Assembly (NCBI GenBank): GCA_052055015.1 | Contig: JBQJIT010000067.1 | Strand: one strand, 5' to 3' | Source of the DNA: Malassezia furfur | Taxonomy: Eukaryota | Length of the DNA: 36,152 bases | Shown here: piece by piece, positions 10,755 to 22,592 of the stretch | How the letters are laid out: every line of letters starts with the position of its first letter | How positions within the stretch are numbered: position 1 is the first letter of the stretch | Program-made: the position numbers and the translations under genes | The notes under the pieces: model-generated | What the model was told of the DNA's origin: nothing | Seen by the model: the letters and a program-made list of their open reading frames with translations, nothing else | Database searches by the model: none

Positions 10755-11578
10755 CTATTGCCGCTTCTTTTCGTGGGAAACGCCGCGCCCACTGCCGAGC
10801 TTATCGGGGGTCTCGGTCGTGCTGAGAAGGTGCACGGCGACCAGCACGAAGAAGACCAAGAAGCTACCGACGCCGAGCGACAGCACGGTCGCGGACGAGA
10901 ACAGCTGGTAACGTTCCAAAAACTTGCCGTGCGAGTGAAGCTGCTCCGGCTGGACGGGGATGTAGCGCCTGTGTAGCTTGGGCGAGGTGGCCGTGATCAC
11001 CACCGCGTGCGACGGAGAGGCACGCTCAATGTCCTCAAGTGTGCGCAGCATCTCGGCATCCGACATGCCCTGGGCGTCGACCGAGATGAGCGTCCGGTGC
11101 GACGCATCATAGTCGTGGTGGGACGCGGTGCGCCATCCGCTGCACTTGCTCTGTATCGCGCTTTTGAGCGCCTCGCCAAAGCTCTGTGCGCTCTGGTCGA
11201 TGGCCGGCAGCACGAGCTGGTGAGGCGCCTGCAGCGCGCGCTTCCTAAGCGAAGGCTGCGCATCGATCTGCTGCGCAAACGATGCATGATCGCGCTGGGT
11301 GAGTAGAGTGTACATACTGCATCCACTTCCATGTGTACAAGTGCGTCCAGGTTGCATACCTCCGGGACGCCGTCGTCGTGGCAGTGGTGCAACAACCGTG
11401 CCGCGGCACGGTCCGACGGGACGTTGGGCGAGCGCGGCGCGCGTGTGTCCATCTCGGGCGCACGCAGGACGTTGACATCGGCGCGGGGAGACAAGAATGC
11501 CAACATGGGCGCGTCGTGCGCGTGCGCGAGCGATGCGCACGCTACGACAAACGGCGCAAGCCACAGACTCCCACGCAT
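10755..11578 (-). CDS. V-ATPase accessory/assembly protein, VOA1/Ac45/BIG1-like type I membrane protein
   Basis: Signal peptide MRGSLWLAPFVVACASLAHA from ATG 11578. A 23-nt intron at 11295-11317 (GTATGT..CTCAC.CCAG) joins two ORF frames. The C-terminus FLERYQLFSSATVLSLGVGSFLVFFVLVAV...EKKRQ* resembles the Ac45/Voa1 TM region and has a KKxx ER-retrieval signal. Confidence 0.7.
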
Positions 11579-11687
11579 GCTGGAGACGAGCGGCAAGCCA
11601 GGGCCGCCCGCGGTGGCTGAGTCAGCCCCCACGTGCGAGGAAGCGTCGGCCGCGCGTTGCCACTCCACCCTTTCACCGTTTGTGACC

Positions 11688-12497
11688 ATGTCCAGCTTCC
11701 GGGCAGCGATCCAGCGTCTTCCTGCGGTGTCGCGCGCGACGATGCGCGGCGCGGCCATGCGTGTTTCTGTGGCGCCGCGTGCTGTTTGTGCGCCGGTGCC
11801 GCGTGCCTTTACCACGTCCGTGCGCCGCTGCGGCGAGGGAGAGTCGGATGCCGAGCTCGCTGCGAGCCTGCAGCAGGAGATCAATTACGAGAAAGAGGCC
11901 GCTGAGGCCGCGGGCGGCAAGGACTACGAGCCGGACTGGCTGCGCCAGTTCAAGTCCGAGGGTGTTTGGCACATCGAGGACAAGAATGGCTCTGACGAAA
12001 TTGCGCTCACGCGCGAGTTTGGCAACGAGAACATCCGCGTGCTGTTCAGCATTGGCGAGATTGATACCACGGACCCCTCGCACGAGCTTGACCAGGACGA
12101 GAACGACCAGGTCGGCGCCGCCGGGGAGGACGAGTTTGAGGGCAGCTTCCCCGTGCGCTGTGCCATCAACGTCACCAAGCAGAACAAGGGCTCGCTCAAC
12201 ATCGACGCCCAGGCGCAGGACGGCCAGTTTATGATTGAGAACATCACCTTCTACAAGGACGATGTGCTCGCTACGGAGCTGACCTCCGATGCGGACTGGC
12301 AGCGCCGCGGCCTGTACATGGGCCCGCAGTTTGAGACGCTCGACGAAAACGTCCAGGCGCAGTTTGAGAGCTACCTTGCGGAGCGTGGCATCGCCACAGG
12401 CCTCGCACTCTTCATTCCCAACTATGCCGAGCTCAAGGAGCAGCGCGAGTACTGCAGCTGGCTCGAGAACGTCAAGAAGTTTGTCGAAGAGGACTAA
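11688..12497 (+). CDS. MAM33: Mitochondrial acidic glycoprotein MAM33/p32 (C1QBP family)
   Basis: An Arg/Ala-rich presequence starts at ATG 11688. The acidic body contains ELAASLQQEINYEKE, LTREFGNENIRVLFS, YMGPQFETLDENVQAQFESYLAERGI and KEQREYCSWLENVKKFV. Confidence 0.92.
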   Translation: MSSFRAAIQRLPAVSRATMRGAAMRVSVAPRAVCAPVPRAFTTSVRRCGEGESDAELAASLQQEINYEKEAAEAAGGKDYEPDWLRQFKSEGVWHIEDKNGSDEIALTREFGNENIRVLFSIGEIDTTDPSHELDQDENDQVGAAGEDEFEGSFPVRCAINVTKQNKGSLNIDAQAQDGQFMIENITFYKDDVLATELTSDADWQRRGLYMGPQFETLDENVQAQFESYLAERGIATGLALFIPNYAELKEQREYCSWLENVKKFVEED

Positions 12498-12512
12498 GAT
12501 TCGTCGCTGTCA

Positions 12513-14428
12513 TTACACCAGTTTCCTATAGCCGCGCGTCACGGGACGCAGCATCCGGCGCGTCTTGGGGTTCAGTAGCAGGCCTAGCACGACCAGCAGC
12601 ACCACAAACAGCGGGTGCTCTTGCACAACGGACCCTGCCTTACGGCCTGAGTGGCGTACCGTCGACATCGTCCGGCCCAACATGGAGCCATAGCGCCCGC
12701 CAGATACATTGCCCGTCTGCGCGCGCGTCAGCCACGCAAGCGCGGCGTTCTGCTCGAGCCACATGTCGCTGTCGTACGCGACGACCATGTGGTCGGTCGG
12801 GCGGAAGTAGAGCAGCTGCGGCACCTTGGCCACGTCCACGCTGTACTCGTTCAGCAAATCGCGGTGGCGCTCGGCGTCGAGCCAGACAAAGCGTAGCGTC
12901 GTGTCCTGGTCGAGCGCCTCCTTCTGTGCCCACGCATTCGCCAGCTGGCGCACGCTATCGACCTGCGCGTTGAGCGCCGTCGCGTCGTTCGTGTCGGCGC
13001 CCAGCACCGCCAGCACCACAGGCTGGCCCTGGGCGTTCTCGAGGGTGCGCTGCAACGAGTCGCCATCGACCTGCGCAAGGCGCTCGTGGCCGTGCCGCTC
13101 GAACCACTGCTCCACCTGGGCGCTGGCATCCGCGCGGTTCGTCGGCAGCGTCTGCAGCTCGAGCGCCGCCGAGGGCTGCGACTGGTATTCTTTGAACACG
13201 AGCAAGCGCGAGCCGCTGCCAGCGTCGCTGGTTGCCGCGCGCGACGCCGCAGGGAAGCGGCGCAGCAGCTCGGGATCCGTCGCGTGCAGCACTGAGCCGT
13301 GGTCGTAGGCGATCGCCGCTAAGTCAACCGCATCCTTCTCGGTGGCGGGTGCGGTGGGCGACACAAGGTACAAAAACGAGACGCGCGCACGGCGCAACCC
13401 CACGTCAAGGTCCTGCGCACGGATGCCATGCAGCGAGGTGTAGGCGCCCTGCTCCTGGAGGAAAGAGAGCATGGTCTGCTTGGTGCGCTCGCCCTGGAAC
13501 GCGGTGCTGGTGCCGTTAGCATACACACGAAGCGTGGGGAAGCCCTTGATGTTGTACTTGAGGCACAAATCGCTGTACTTTTCGCAGTTGACCGCGATGG
13601 CATTCACTTGGCCTTTGACCGACACAGCGACCTTGGCGTACTCGGGTGCCATGGCGCGGCAGTGATGGCACCACGGCGCATAGACTGGGTTAGTTGCAGT
13701 CACCTACACTTCACAAACGAGGGACCCTGGCCGTGGTCGGTGCCGAGGTACGCCTCGAGCGACGCCTCGTTCGGCAGCGTCGACGAGCCGTACTCGGTAA
13801 GCCCGGGTAGAGGGGCAAGCGACATGCCCGAAGTCGACGCCTCGGGCGTGCTCTGCGCAACAGCGGCCGGCGTCGTGGACACTGGCGCGGCTGCGGACGT
13901 CGTCGCCGATGCTGCGGCCGCCTCCGACGCCGGCGCCGACGTCGATGCGGGTGCGGGCGCAGCGCTGGTCACGCCCGTAGCACCCGTTGTCTTCTTCACG
14001 CGGTACGCCTCCGCAGCCTTGTCCACGTACGCCGCGAGGCTGTCGAGCGAGAAGTCGTGGTCAATGTCTGCGTCCATCTTGGTGCCGTCGTGATACAGCG
14101 TAATCTGCGGGTAGGACTGTACCTGCTCCTGCACACACAGATCCATCGAGATCAGGCAGTTGACACGCGCGATCGTCAGCGGCGCGACGGGATCCATGCG
14201 CAACGCGTCCTTGGCATCGCCCAGCTGCGCCCACACGGGAGCGAAGCGCTGACACGTGGGGCACTTAGGCGAGTAGAACTCGACGAGCCAGGCGCCGTGC
14301 TGCACCGACGTAAAGTTGGCATCGGTCAGTGTACGTCCCTCCGGGAAGCGACTGTCGTGCGCCACGGGCGCGGCACCCACCGACACCACGCTTGCCAACG
14401 CGGCGAACCCCAGTTGCCACAGCCACAT
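12513..14428 (-). CDS. Membrane-anchored protein disulfide isomerase / multi-thioredoxin protein (EPS1-like)
   Basis: Signal peptide and two thioredoxin domains, WLVEFYSPKCPTC and SFVKFYAPWCHHC. The second motif is restored only by removing a 23-nt intron at 13685-13707 (GTAGGT..CTAAC.CCAG). A Ser/Thr/Ala linker separates the domains, and there is a C-terminal TM with a basic tail. Confidence 0.85.
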
Positions 14429-14478
14429 CGTCGCGGCACGCCTTGCCCCACCTCCACTGCCACGTGGGCCCCAACGCG
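14429..14478. promoter_or_regulatory. 50-bp bidirectional promoter region with CACGTG (14461-14466)
   Basis: Lies between the divergent start codons of the PDI-like gene (14428) and Rictor (14479). Confidence 0.5.
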
Positions 14479-17400
14479 ATGGCGGCGCGCGCGAATGAGG
14501 TAGGCACTGGGGCGCTGACGCAGCTCGCCGACGTCGCAGAACGCTTAGAGCTCGAGGTACGCATCAAGCATGGCGCAGAGAGTATGCTGCGTGTGCTTGA
14601 CGCACAGGGCGCCGAAAGTGGCGCGCTTCGCACGCAGATCCAGCGCGAGCTCGACGTGGCCGAAGAACAGATCGCCGCGTTGCAAGCGCGCCGCGACGCA
14701 CTCCAACCCAGCGTGCTGCCAGAGCCAAGTGGGACGTTTTTGAAGCCGCGCGCAATCCGCGCCATCCAGGGCCTCGAGGACCTCAACCGGCCCGAGCTGC
14801 GCTACGCGTCGCCCAGCGACGAGGGCGCCGAAGCGCGTGTCGGCCGGCTCGCCGTGTCGCTCGCGCGTGTGCTCACGAGCATCGCTGGTAGTACAAAAAG
14901 AGATCCAACCGGTGGACGCGACGGCGGGGCGCGGCGTACGACGCGCGCGCAGATTGACGCCCTCCTGTGCCTCTTGAGTTTGCTGCGCACCTATGCATCC
15001 CTGCGCGCGCCGCTCGACCGCGACGTACCCGAGCTTTTGCCAGCGTACGTCACCCCCACTCACGCAGTCTGCTCGAGCTCATGGGCCACGGCGGAAACGA
15101 CCGCGTCCGTGCGCACGCCGTGCACCTCGTGCGCTACTTGCTGCACCGCGACGCCGTCTTGCGTCTCGCCGAGTCGTATGGTGCCATGCTGCCGCTGCTT
15201 CTCGGCCGCGCGCTTGTGCGCGAGCGCACCGATGCTCACGAGCGCGAGCAGGCACTCAAGTGCGTACGTGCGCTCGTCTTCTGGACCGAGCGCCTCCAGC
15301 TCGGCGAGAAGCTCGTCACCGAAGGGCTCGTGCGCACGCTCACGGCGATCGCTCAGGAGCCCGAAGACCCGCTGTATGCTTCGGTTATCGAAACGCTTGC
15401 AGAGCTCGCGATGCTCGATGCGCCGCTTCTTGCCCGCACGCTTGCACTCGAGCCGCTCTGGCGCGCGATCTGCGACATGCCCACCGCACGGTCGCTCGCG
15501 CTGGCCGACGGCCTGCTGGGGCTTTTGGAGCGTCCCGAGACGCGCAGGCTGGTCGGTGCCAACATGGACTTGGCCGCGGTTCTCGCGGGCTTCACCCACG
15601 CGCCGCTCGCGACGCAGGACCACTACGATCAGCGCCTGCGCACCACGGAGCAGGTCGTGCTGCGACTGCTGTCTACGTGGCATGGGCTGCTGTACCTGTG
15701 CCTCGACGAAGGCATCGCGCTGCGTGCACTCATCGCGGCGCTGCGCCTGGACCAGGAGCGCACGCAGCTGCGCATCTTGGCGACGCTCACGTCGCTTCTC
15801 CAACCGACCGAGCCGCGCGCGCCGCCCCGGCGGCACCCGCACGCTCAGCGGCGCGGCGCCCCGCCCATTCCGCAGACGCTCCCGCGCGACCAATACCTCG
15901 CGTTGGTGCTCAAGCTACTTCTTGATGCGCACTTGCTCGATGCGCTCGTTTCGATCGTGCGGGATGCACCGGCGCTGCGCGCAGCCGCAAGCCATGTGCT
16001 CTACCTCGTGCTGCATGCGGCGCAGCGCGTGTTTCCAGCATCGAGCAGTGAACTGCACGCCTTCCCGCAGCTCGTGCACCCCGCATGCGACACGCACAAC
16101 GCGCCGCTCGACCAGCTTGCGGCCAAAACGGCGCTGCAGGCGATCGACGCGGTCGAGTCGCGCCTGCGCTGCAGCTCCCTCAACGCCTGCGAACACCAGC
16201 AGCATTACTTGGACGATGTTCGCCAGCAAAAGGATGCGATGATTGACGATGCGCACTTTCGCGCGCTGCTGCGCGACTCGATGGTGATGGCGACGAAAGA
16301 GCACCAGGCGTGGAACTTGGCCGTGCTCCACGAGCTGCTCGACGGACCGCTACGTGACGCGCGCCGCTTTGACGAGGCACTGACCACCACGAAACTCGTG
16401 CGGCGCCTCTTGTCCTTCTTTAGGCCCTTTTCCCAACGCTACGCGGTGCTCCGGGCGAACGCCGGAAACGAGGTGTGGACGGCGATCGGGCGAAAGTACT
16501 TCCGCACCGTACTTCTCCATGCCGACGGCGTGCGCTTCCTTGCCGAGGACCGCTTCCTCACTGGGCTGCGCGAGGCGCTCGAGCAGCTCGTCGCCCGCTC
16601 GCCCGACGCATTACTGTCGGCGCGTGCGATGCGCACAACACTCGTGGGCGGCTACGTTGACTTTCTGCAAGTTTTGTCCGAGAGCACGGCGGGACTCGAC
16701 CTGCTCTACCATGCGCGCATCTACACGCCGCTGCTTGCCCTGTGCAGCCTAGACGACCACGCGGCCTTCTTCGCCGAAACGCTCGTGCAGGCGCTCGATT
16801 ACACGCACGACGCGCCGACGCGGCTCTTTCTGCAGCGTGCGCTCACGGCAGGAACCGCGCAAGTGCGTCTATCTGCGACGTTGTGCGTATCGCAGTACCT
16901 CTGGCTCGATGCCGAACCCCAGGCATGGGCCATTGCGCTGCTCCTCGCACAGCTGCACGATGTCGCGCCGCAGGTCCGCCGCCTTGCCGCGCAGCTGCTC
17001 CGCGATGCGTGTGCGCACCCGGCGATGCTGGCCGCGGTGATGGCACAGCGCCCGCTTCTTGCGCTGCTGGGTGAGGAGGAGGATGAGCTGCTGCTCCGCT
17101 TCTTGTCGCATTCCAATGGCTTTGCGGAGTTGCACGATGAGGGGTTCGTTGCGCGCTGCGCCGAGCATTGGCTCCACTACCGCAACCTGGCGTACGTCGC
17201 GGACGCCGAGCAGGTACTCCAGCGCACGCTCGACGTGGATGCACTGCCCGTGCCCGTGCACCTCTACGCAGAGCTTGTCGCCACCGAGGCGGGGACGACG
17301 TTCCTCGCACGCACGGGCCACCTCGAGCGCCTGCTGGCGGCGCTCGACACCACCACGGACGCTGACGCCGTATTGCACGGCAAGGCTGCGCTCTGGGCGC

Positions 17401-18250
17401 TGGTACGTTGGTTTACTCACCTCCAGGGACATGCGGGCACTTCGGTCCATGGCCTGGCGCTCCTTGAACAGCTCGACGCGATCGCCGCCGTCACCGCGCT
17501 CGCCGATACGGCGTCGGTCGTGTCGGTGCGCGCTACATGCTTCTATGCGCTGAATCTACTCACCGCAACACAGCAGGGTGCCGCGACGCTGCGGCGCTAT
17601 GGGTGGTACGCGCTGCACGACGACGCTGGCCTCTCGCTATGCCTCCCGACCGAGGGCAGTGACTTGCTCCATGTACGTGCCGTGCCTCACCCCAGATACC
17701 CAGGAGTCCCAGCTCCCCCGCCACGCCAGTGCCACGCATGGTACCTCCGGCAAACGTCGACGAGGCGCATATCTGGTCACTGATGACGAGCCTCGGTAAT
17801 GCCGTGGTCGCTAGCACGGCTTGGCATGCGCTCGCCAAAGTGCACGCGGAATACCCGGAGCGGTTCCGCAACCCGTCACTGCTTTGTCGCGCGGTGCACC
17901 TTATGGACCACTTTGCGCTGCGCATCACCATGCGGCGCCACCTTTGGAGCGTGCTCGAAGCCCATGCCTTGTCGTTCGATGCGCTCCGCGAAATGGAGCG
18001 TCTGCGAGCCGACCTGTTGCTCCCCGTTGCGCCACGACCTACAACACCGCCCAGGGGTGCCGCGCCGCGCCGCCGCGGTACTCTGCTATACCCCGTGCCC
18101 GTGCACACACAGATGCACGCCCTCGCGCCGCCCAAGGCGCAGGCGCCTCACCCCCACACAATTGTACAGACACCGTCGGTGGGCGCAGGGAGTGCCGCGC
18201 GCCCGGCGTGGCCATTGCGCATGACGGGATTCGCACCGCCGTATGTCTAG
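14479..18250 (+). CDS. TSC11: TORC2 subunit Rictor (Avo3/Tsc11/Ste20)
   Basis: N-terminal HR1-like segment ERLELEVRIKHGAESMLRVL; Rictor-like motifs EREQALKCVRALV, KLVRRLLSFFRPFSQRY, PVHLYAEL, KAALWALGHAG and SVRATCFYALNLL. Introns are 15045-15067 (23 nt), 17403-17426 (24 nt) and 17673-17695 (23 nt); together they join three ORF-track frames into about 1230 aa. Confidence 0.88.
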
Positions 18251-18257
18251 CTGTCTA

Positions 18258-18859
18258 CTACACGGCCACGTGCTGAGGAGTTCCGCCCGAAAGCAAGGAC
18301 ACGGCTCGCGTTGAGTCGCCGTCGGGCACGACCAGGAAACGTAGTACCTCGAACGGCTCCCCCTTGGCCTTGCGCACCGACGTAAAATAGACCGTCGCTG
18401 CACCCTGCGGCCCTTGTACTTGGAAGCTCATATCGACCTTGCCCTTGACAGGGTTGATGATGCCCTCGATCCACGGATCGCCAAACGCGCTGCGCTTCAG
18501 CTGCACCGGCTGGCCCACCAGCGCATGCACCTCAGGGGCGTCCTTCACCCGGTGCGAGACTGTGCGCAGCACCGAGGAGCCAAGACGCTCCTTGTTATTC
18601 AGGTAGGAGGACAAAACATACCACATCACCACGATTGTGGCACCGCCGGCAATGTAGTACGGCTTGTGGTTCTGCGTCAGAGCACGCGACCTACAGGGAG
18701 CTTGGGAATCGGCGACTTGACGCGCGTGACGTGGGGGTCCCAGCGCCCAGGCTGCGGCGGCCGCGACGACATCAGCCGTACGGATGTGTTCGAGCCTAGC
18801 CGAATCGTCGGCATCCGCACAGCGCGGGGGAACGCCGTCGTCCACATCCGGTTCGCCAT
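18258..18859 (-). CDS. Cytochrome oxidase assembly factor COA1 / DUF1783 family mitochondrial inner-membrane protein
   Basis: Mitochondrial-type presequence from ATG 18859 (MANRMWTTAFPRAVR). A 23-nt intron lies at 18672-18694 (GTAGGT..CTGAC.GCAG). A TM is followed by NKERLGSSVLR and PWIEGIINPVKGKVDMSFQVQGPQGAATVYFTSVRK. Confidence 0.8.
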
Positions 18860-19342
18860 CGCGATGGACGTGCGTTGCTTCGCGTGATTGCCACGTGCGC
18901 GGCCCGACGCTGGACACACGTCTCATGCGGCCAGCTAGCGCGCCAGCGAGACCATAAGTCATCTGGACGAGTTTCGTATACAAAAGGCTACGGTGATACT
19001 TCGTAATGCAAGTGAGATGCGTGCGTCAGATGTGCCCAACCCCGCAAGCGAGCCACGCCGATGCACGCCGTCGAATTGCTTCGCGCCGCCCCGTCCAGAG
19101 ATCACGTGATTCGTACGCGTCGGTCGCAGCGCGGAGGCTGGTTCTGACAGCACGACACGAAGCGCAGCCGGATTAGAAACCTTAACTTTGGCACTCCACG
19201 CCGTCCGACAAGTTAAAAAAAAAACGCGCATCCTTTTATCCGGATACTATGGATCGCGATAGAGGATCGATGAAGCGAAAATACAGCTATATAACACGAA
19301 GTCGAAATGTCTTGTCTTTACACGAAGGACTCTCGTCCCTGT

Positions 19343-20650
19343 CTACAGCACGAGGGAGCCCAGCAGGACGGCCGCAACCGCCACCATGGCCGGAACCATA
19401 GCAGGACGCAGAGAAGCCACGCCGCTGCTGTGCGACGAGTCGCTGCTGCTGCTGCTGCTGCCACTGCTGCTGCCACTGTCGCCGTTGCTTCCGGTGGAGC
19501 TGGCGGCCGCAGCGGCACCGCCGTTCGAGGAGCCCGAGCTGCCCGAGGCAGACGAAGACGAAGAGGTGGGGATAATCGACTGAATGCCGTTGGCAATCGT
19601 CGAGACAGTCTGGCAGTTCGACGAGCTCGGCGTCGACATGGCCGTGGTCGGGGTGGTCTGGGTCGAAACACCGTTCGTGTACGTCTTGATCTCGCCATCG
19701 TCCGTCCAGATACCCGTAGCATACTGCTGGAACGACGAGGTCGAGCCGTCCGTCACGTAAATACCCGGCGGGTAGGCAGCGTCCGCATCGCACGACTCGA
19801 ACATGTTGTCTTCGTAGTTACCCGGCATAATGTTCCAGCAGCCCATCTCGTCCAGCGTGTGCTGGCACTCGGTCTTGGGCGGCGCTTCGTCCGAGCCGGC
19901 AATGCAGATACGGAAGCACATGATGGTGCTGCCAACGTAGTTCATCCATTCCTCGTAGAACACGTCTTGGCCAGTCACGTTCGACGTCACATTGCCGCCG
20001 ACAGGGTTACCTTTACCAGTCGCACCATGGGGGTCAAGCTCACCTCCCGTGTCGCCCTCCTGGAAGCCAATCTTCGTGAAGTCACCGCGCGCCATCACCT
20101 GCACATACAGCGGCGTCTTGACAAAGTGCGCAGCCGTGACCGTGCCATCAGGAATCACACGGGCGTTGTTACGCGGCTTGGTGCACCACGCAACGGTGCG
20201 GTCCTCGACGTCACCGAGGGTATCAGTGTTGTCAAGCGGGCCGAACGTGCACCAGTCGTCCACACTGTTCAGCGACGCAAGACGCGCGACCGAAGTCTGG
20301 TTGATCGGCGTGTTGAGGCTGGGCTCGTCAGGGTTCGTGGGACCGTTCGGGCCCGTGGCCTTGACGCCGGGGTAGTTAGGGTTGGCAGTGCCGTACTGGA
20401 ACGAGGGGACATCGGCGGAACCCGAGCTCGAGCTCGCAGCCGAGCTGGAAGACGACGCAGACGAGGATGACGAGGACGAGCTCGACGAGGTGGAGCCGCT
20501 CGAGCTCGACGAGTCGGAGGCCTGGCGAGCGCGGAGCCCGCGGCGCTCAAACACGTCGGCCTCCCACTTCGAGCCGCGGTAAACCACACCACAGTTCGCC
20601 AGTGCGGAGAACGCAAACATCAGTGCAAGGAAACGATAAATGGCGATCAT
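19343..20650 (-). CDS. Secreted/GPI-anchored mannoprotein, MP88 / macrophage-activating glycoprotein-like (paralog 1)
   Basis: Signal peptide MIAIYRFLALMFAFSALANC; Cys-rich core SVDDWCTFGP..VAWCTKPRNNARVIPDG..GGELDPHGA..GNPVGGNV..CQHTLDEMGCWNIMPG; Ser-rich stalk; hydrophobic GPI-type C-terminus; no introns. Confidence 0.82.
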   Translation of the reverse strand: MIAIYRFLALMFAFSALANCGVVYRGSKWEADVFERRGLRARQASDSSSSSGSTSSSSSSSSSSASSSSSAASSSSGSADVPSFQYGTANPNYPGVKATGPNGPTNPDEPSLNTPINQTSVARLASLNSVDDWCTFGPLDNTDTLGDVEDRTVAWCTKPRNNARVIPDGTVTAAHFVKTPLYVQVMARGDFTKIGFQEGDTGGELDPHGATGKGNPVGGNVTSNVTGQDVFYEEWMNYVGSTIMCFRICIAGSDEAPPKTECQHTLDEMGCWNIMPGNYEDNMFESCDADAAYPPGIYVTDGSTSSFQQYATGIWTDDGEIKTYTNGVSTQTTPTTAMSTPSSSNCQTVSTIANGIQSIIPTSSSSSASGSSGSSNGGAAAAASSTGSNGDSGSSSGSSSSSSDSSHSSGVASLRPAMVPAMVAVAAVLLGSLVL

Positions 20651-20965
20651 TTTGCCTCGCACACAACCTTGACGGGGACGGATAAGGAGGGAATAGGAGG
20701 GGAACCGCTATGAGCTGACAGGAACCCGTGTTGTTGATGGCCTTATTTATTCTCAACCGATTCGTCGGCCCAGAAGACTCAGCAATCGCAAATGTCTGGT
20801 CCATTTCATGACTTAAATGTAAATATTTATGGGTGAATTGGAGAGGTCCGCGATGGGAACCTGCAGGGCGTGTTATAGCACAGCCCGCTAGCCAGCATCC
20901 TGGGCGTGACCCACATGCCATAACGCTTACGTATGCGTGGGCAAGCGACGCGAGCCAGGCAGCGG

Positions 20966-22249
20966 TTAGAGGAGCATCGTGCCAAGAACGCAAACAGCGA
21001 GTAAGCTGCCGACGTGACCCAGAACTGGGGTAAGCGCGAGCGCGCCGTTCTCGCTGCCAGACGATGATTCGTTGGAGCTCGTAGTGTCGTTCTCGGCGCC
21101 AGCACTCGAGTCCGTGGAGGAGTCGGCACTGGAACTGCTAGAAGTGGGGCTTGCGCTCGACGCCGATGACGTCTTTTCAGCAGCCACACGGCTGTCGTCG
21201 GCAGCTGAGGAAGACGACTGCGTAGGAATGATCGACTGAATACCGTTCGAAATTGACGACACGGTCCTGCAGTTCGACGAACTCGGCGTAGACATGGCCG
21301 TGGTCGGCGTCGTCTGCGTCGAAACACCATTCGTGTACGACTTCAGCTTGCCATTGTCCGTCCAAACACCCGTAGCGTACTGCTGGAACGAAGACGTAGT
21401 GCCGCCAGTGACATAGATGCCGGGTGGGTACGCAGCATCCGCATCGCACGAGTCGAACACATCGTCCGAGTAATCACCCGGCATCACGGTCCAGCAACCC
21501 ATCTCATCTAGCGTGTGCTGGCACTCGGATTGCGGCGGCGCCTGCTCGGAACCAGCAATGCATACACGGAAGCACATAATCGTGCTACCGACGTAGTTCA
21601 TCCACTCCTGGTAGAACACGTCCTGACCGGTCACGTTCGACGTAACATTCCCGCCATGGGGGTTGCCGAGGTTCGTAGCACCGTGCGGGTCAAGTTCACC
21701 GCCCGTATCACCCTCCTGGAAGTTGATTTTCGTAAAGTCACCACGCGCCATCACCTGGACGTACAGCGGCGTCTTGACGAAGTGCGCCGCCGTAACGGTG
21801 CCGTCAGGGATGACCCTTGCGCCGTTGCGCGGCTTGGTGCAGTACGCGACGACCTCCTCTTCGACTTCACCAAGCTCTTTAGTGTTATCCTTGGGACCAA
21901 AGGTGCACCAATCATCGACGCCATTGATCGACGCCAGGCGAGAAATGGACGTCTGGTTCACAGCGGTGCCCAAGATAGGCTTCTTCGGGTTCGTGGGCCC
22001 AATTTTGCCCTTTCCAACCACACCGGGATAGTTGGGGTCGGGCGTACCATATTCAAACTTGGGTACATCCGAGCTAGACTTCTTGCCGGAAGAAGCGGCG
22101 TCCTTCAAACCACTTGACTGCCGGGGCAAAAGGCGAAGGTGCGCAGACTCGTCCAGCGAGCCGGAAGCAGTACCGCGGTAAATCACGGCACAGTTCACCA
22201 GGGAAACCAGGGTTAAGATGCTCAAAATGGAGCGAGCAGGGGGGATCAT
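20966..22249 (-). CDS. Secreted/GPI-anchored mannoprotein, MP88-like (paralog 2)
   Basis: Same architecture and core as paralog 1. Signal peptide MIPPARSILSILTLVSLVNC starts at ATG 22249. Confidence 0.82.
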   Translation of the reverse strand: MIPPARSILSILTLVSLVNCAVIYRGTASGSLDESAHLRLLPRQSSGLKDAASSGKKSSSDVPKFEYGTPDPNYPGVVGKGKIGPTNPKKPILGTAVNQTSISRLASINGVDDWCTFGPKDNTKELGEVEEEVVAYCTKPRNGARVIPDGTVTAAHFVKTPLYVQVMARGDFTKINFQEGDTGGELDPHGATNLGNPHGGNVTSNVTGQDVFYQEWMNYVGSTIMCFRVCIAGSEQAPPQSECQHTLDEMGCWTVMPGDYSDDVFDSCDADAAYPPGIYVTGGTTSSFQQYATGVWTDNGKLKSYTNGVSTQTTPTTAMSTPSSSNCRTVSSISNGIQSIIPTQSSSSAADDSRVAAEKTSSASSASPTSSSSSADSSTDSSAGAENDTTSSNESSSGSENGALALTPVLGHVGSLLAVCVLGTMLL

Positions 22250-22592
22250 CACGAGCGGATAGGGGGAGGGGAGACGGGATCGACGGCGGAGAGAAGGAGC
22301 AGCGAAATGAATCCAGGGCGATGTCTTAAGTTCATAGAGTTTATTGCCCAAAAAAAAAAGCGCACAGCACTCCACATCCCCTGGCAGCTAGAATGTCGAT
22401 CAACATCACTGCCACAAATCTCGCGTGGACCAAGAGGGCACCAATCGTTACGATTCGAAGATAATGAATTCGTTTCTGACGGGTAGAGTACCTATGAAGG
22501 ACCTCCCCGCTATGTACAGGTTCGGTGTGGTCTACATACAACTGAAAAGACCCGCCTTCATCGTGATGTAAAGACAGTGGTAGATGTTGCCA

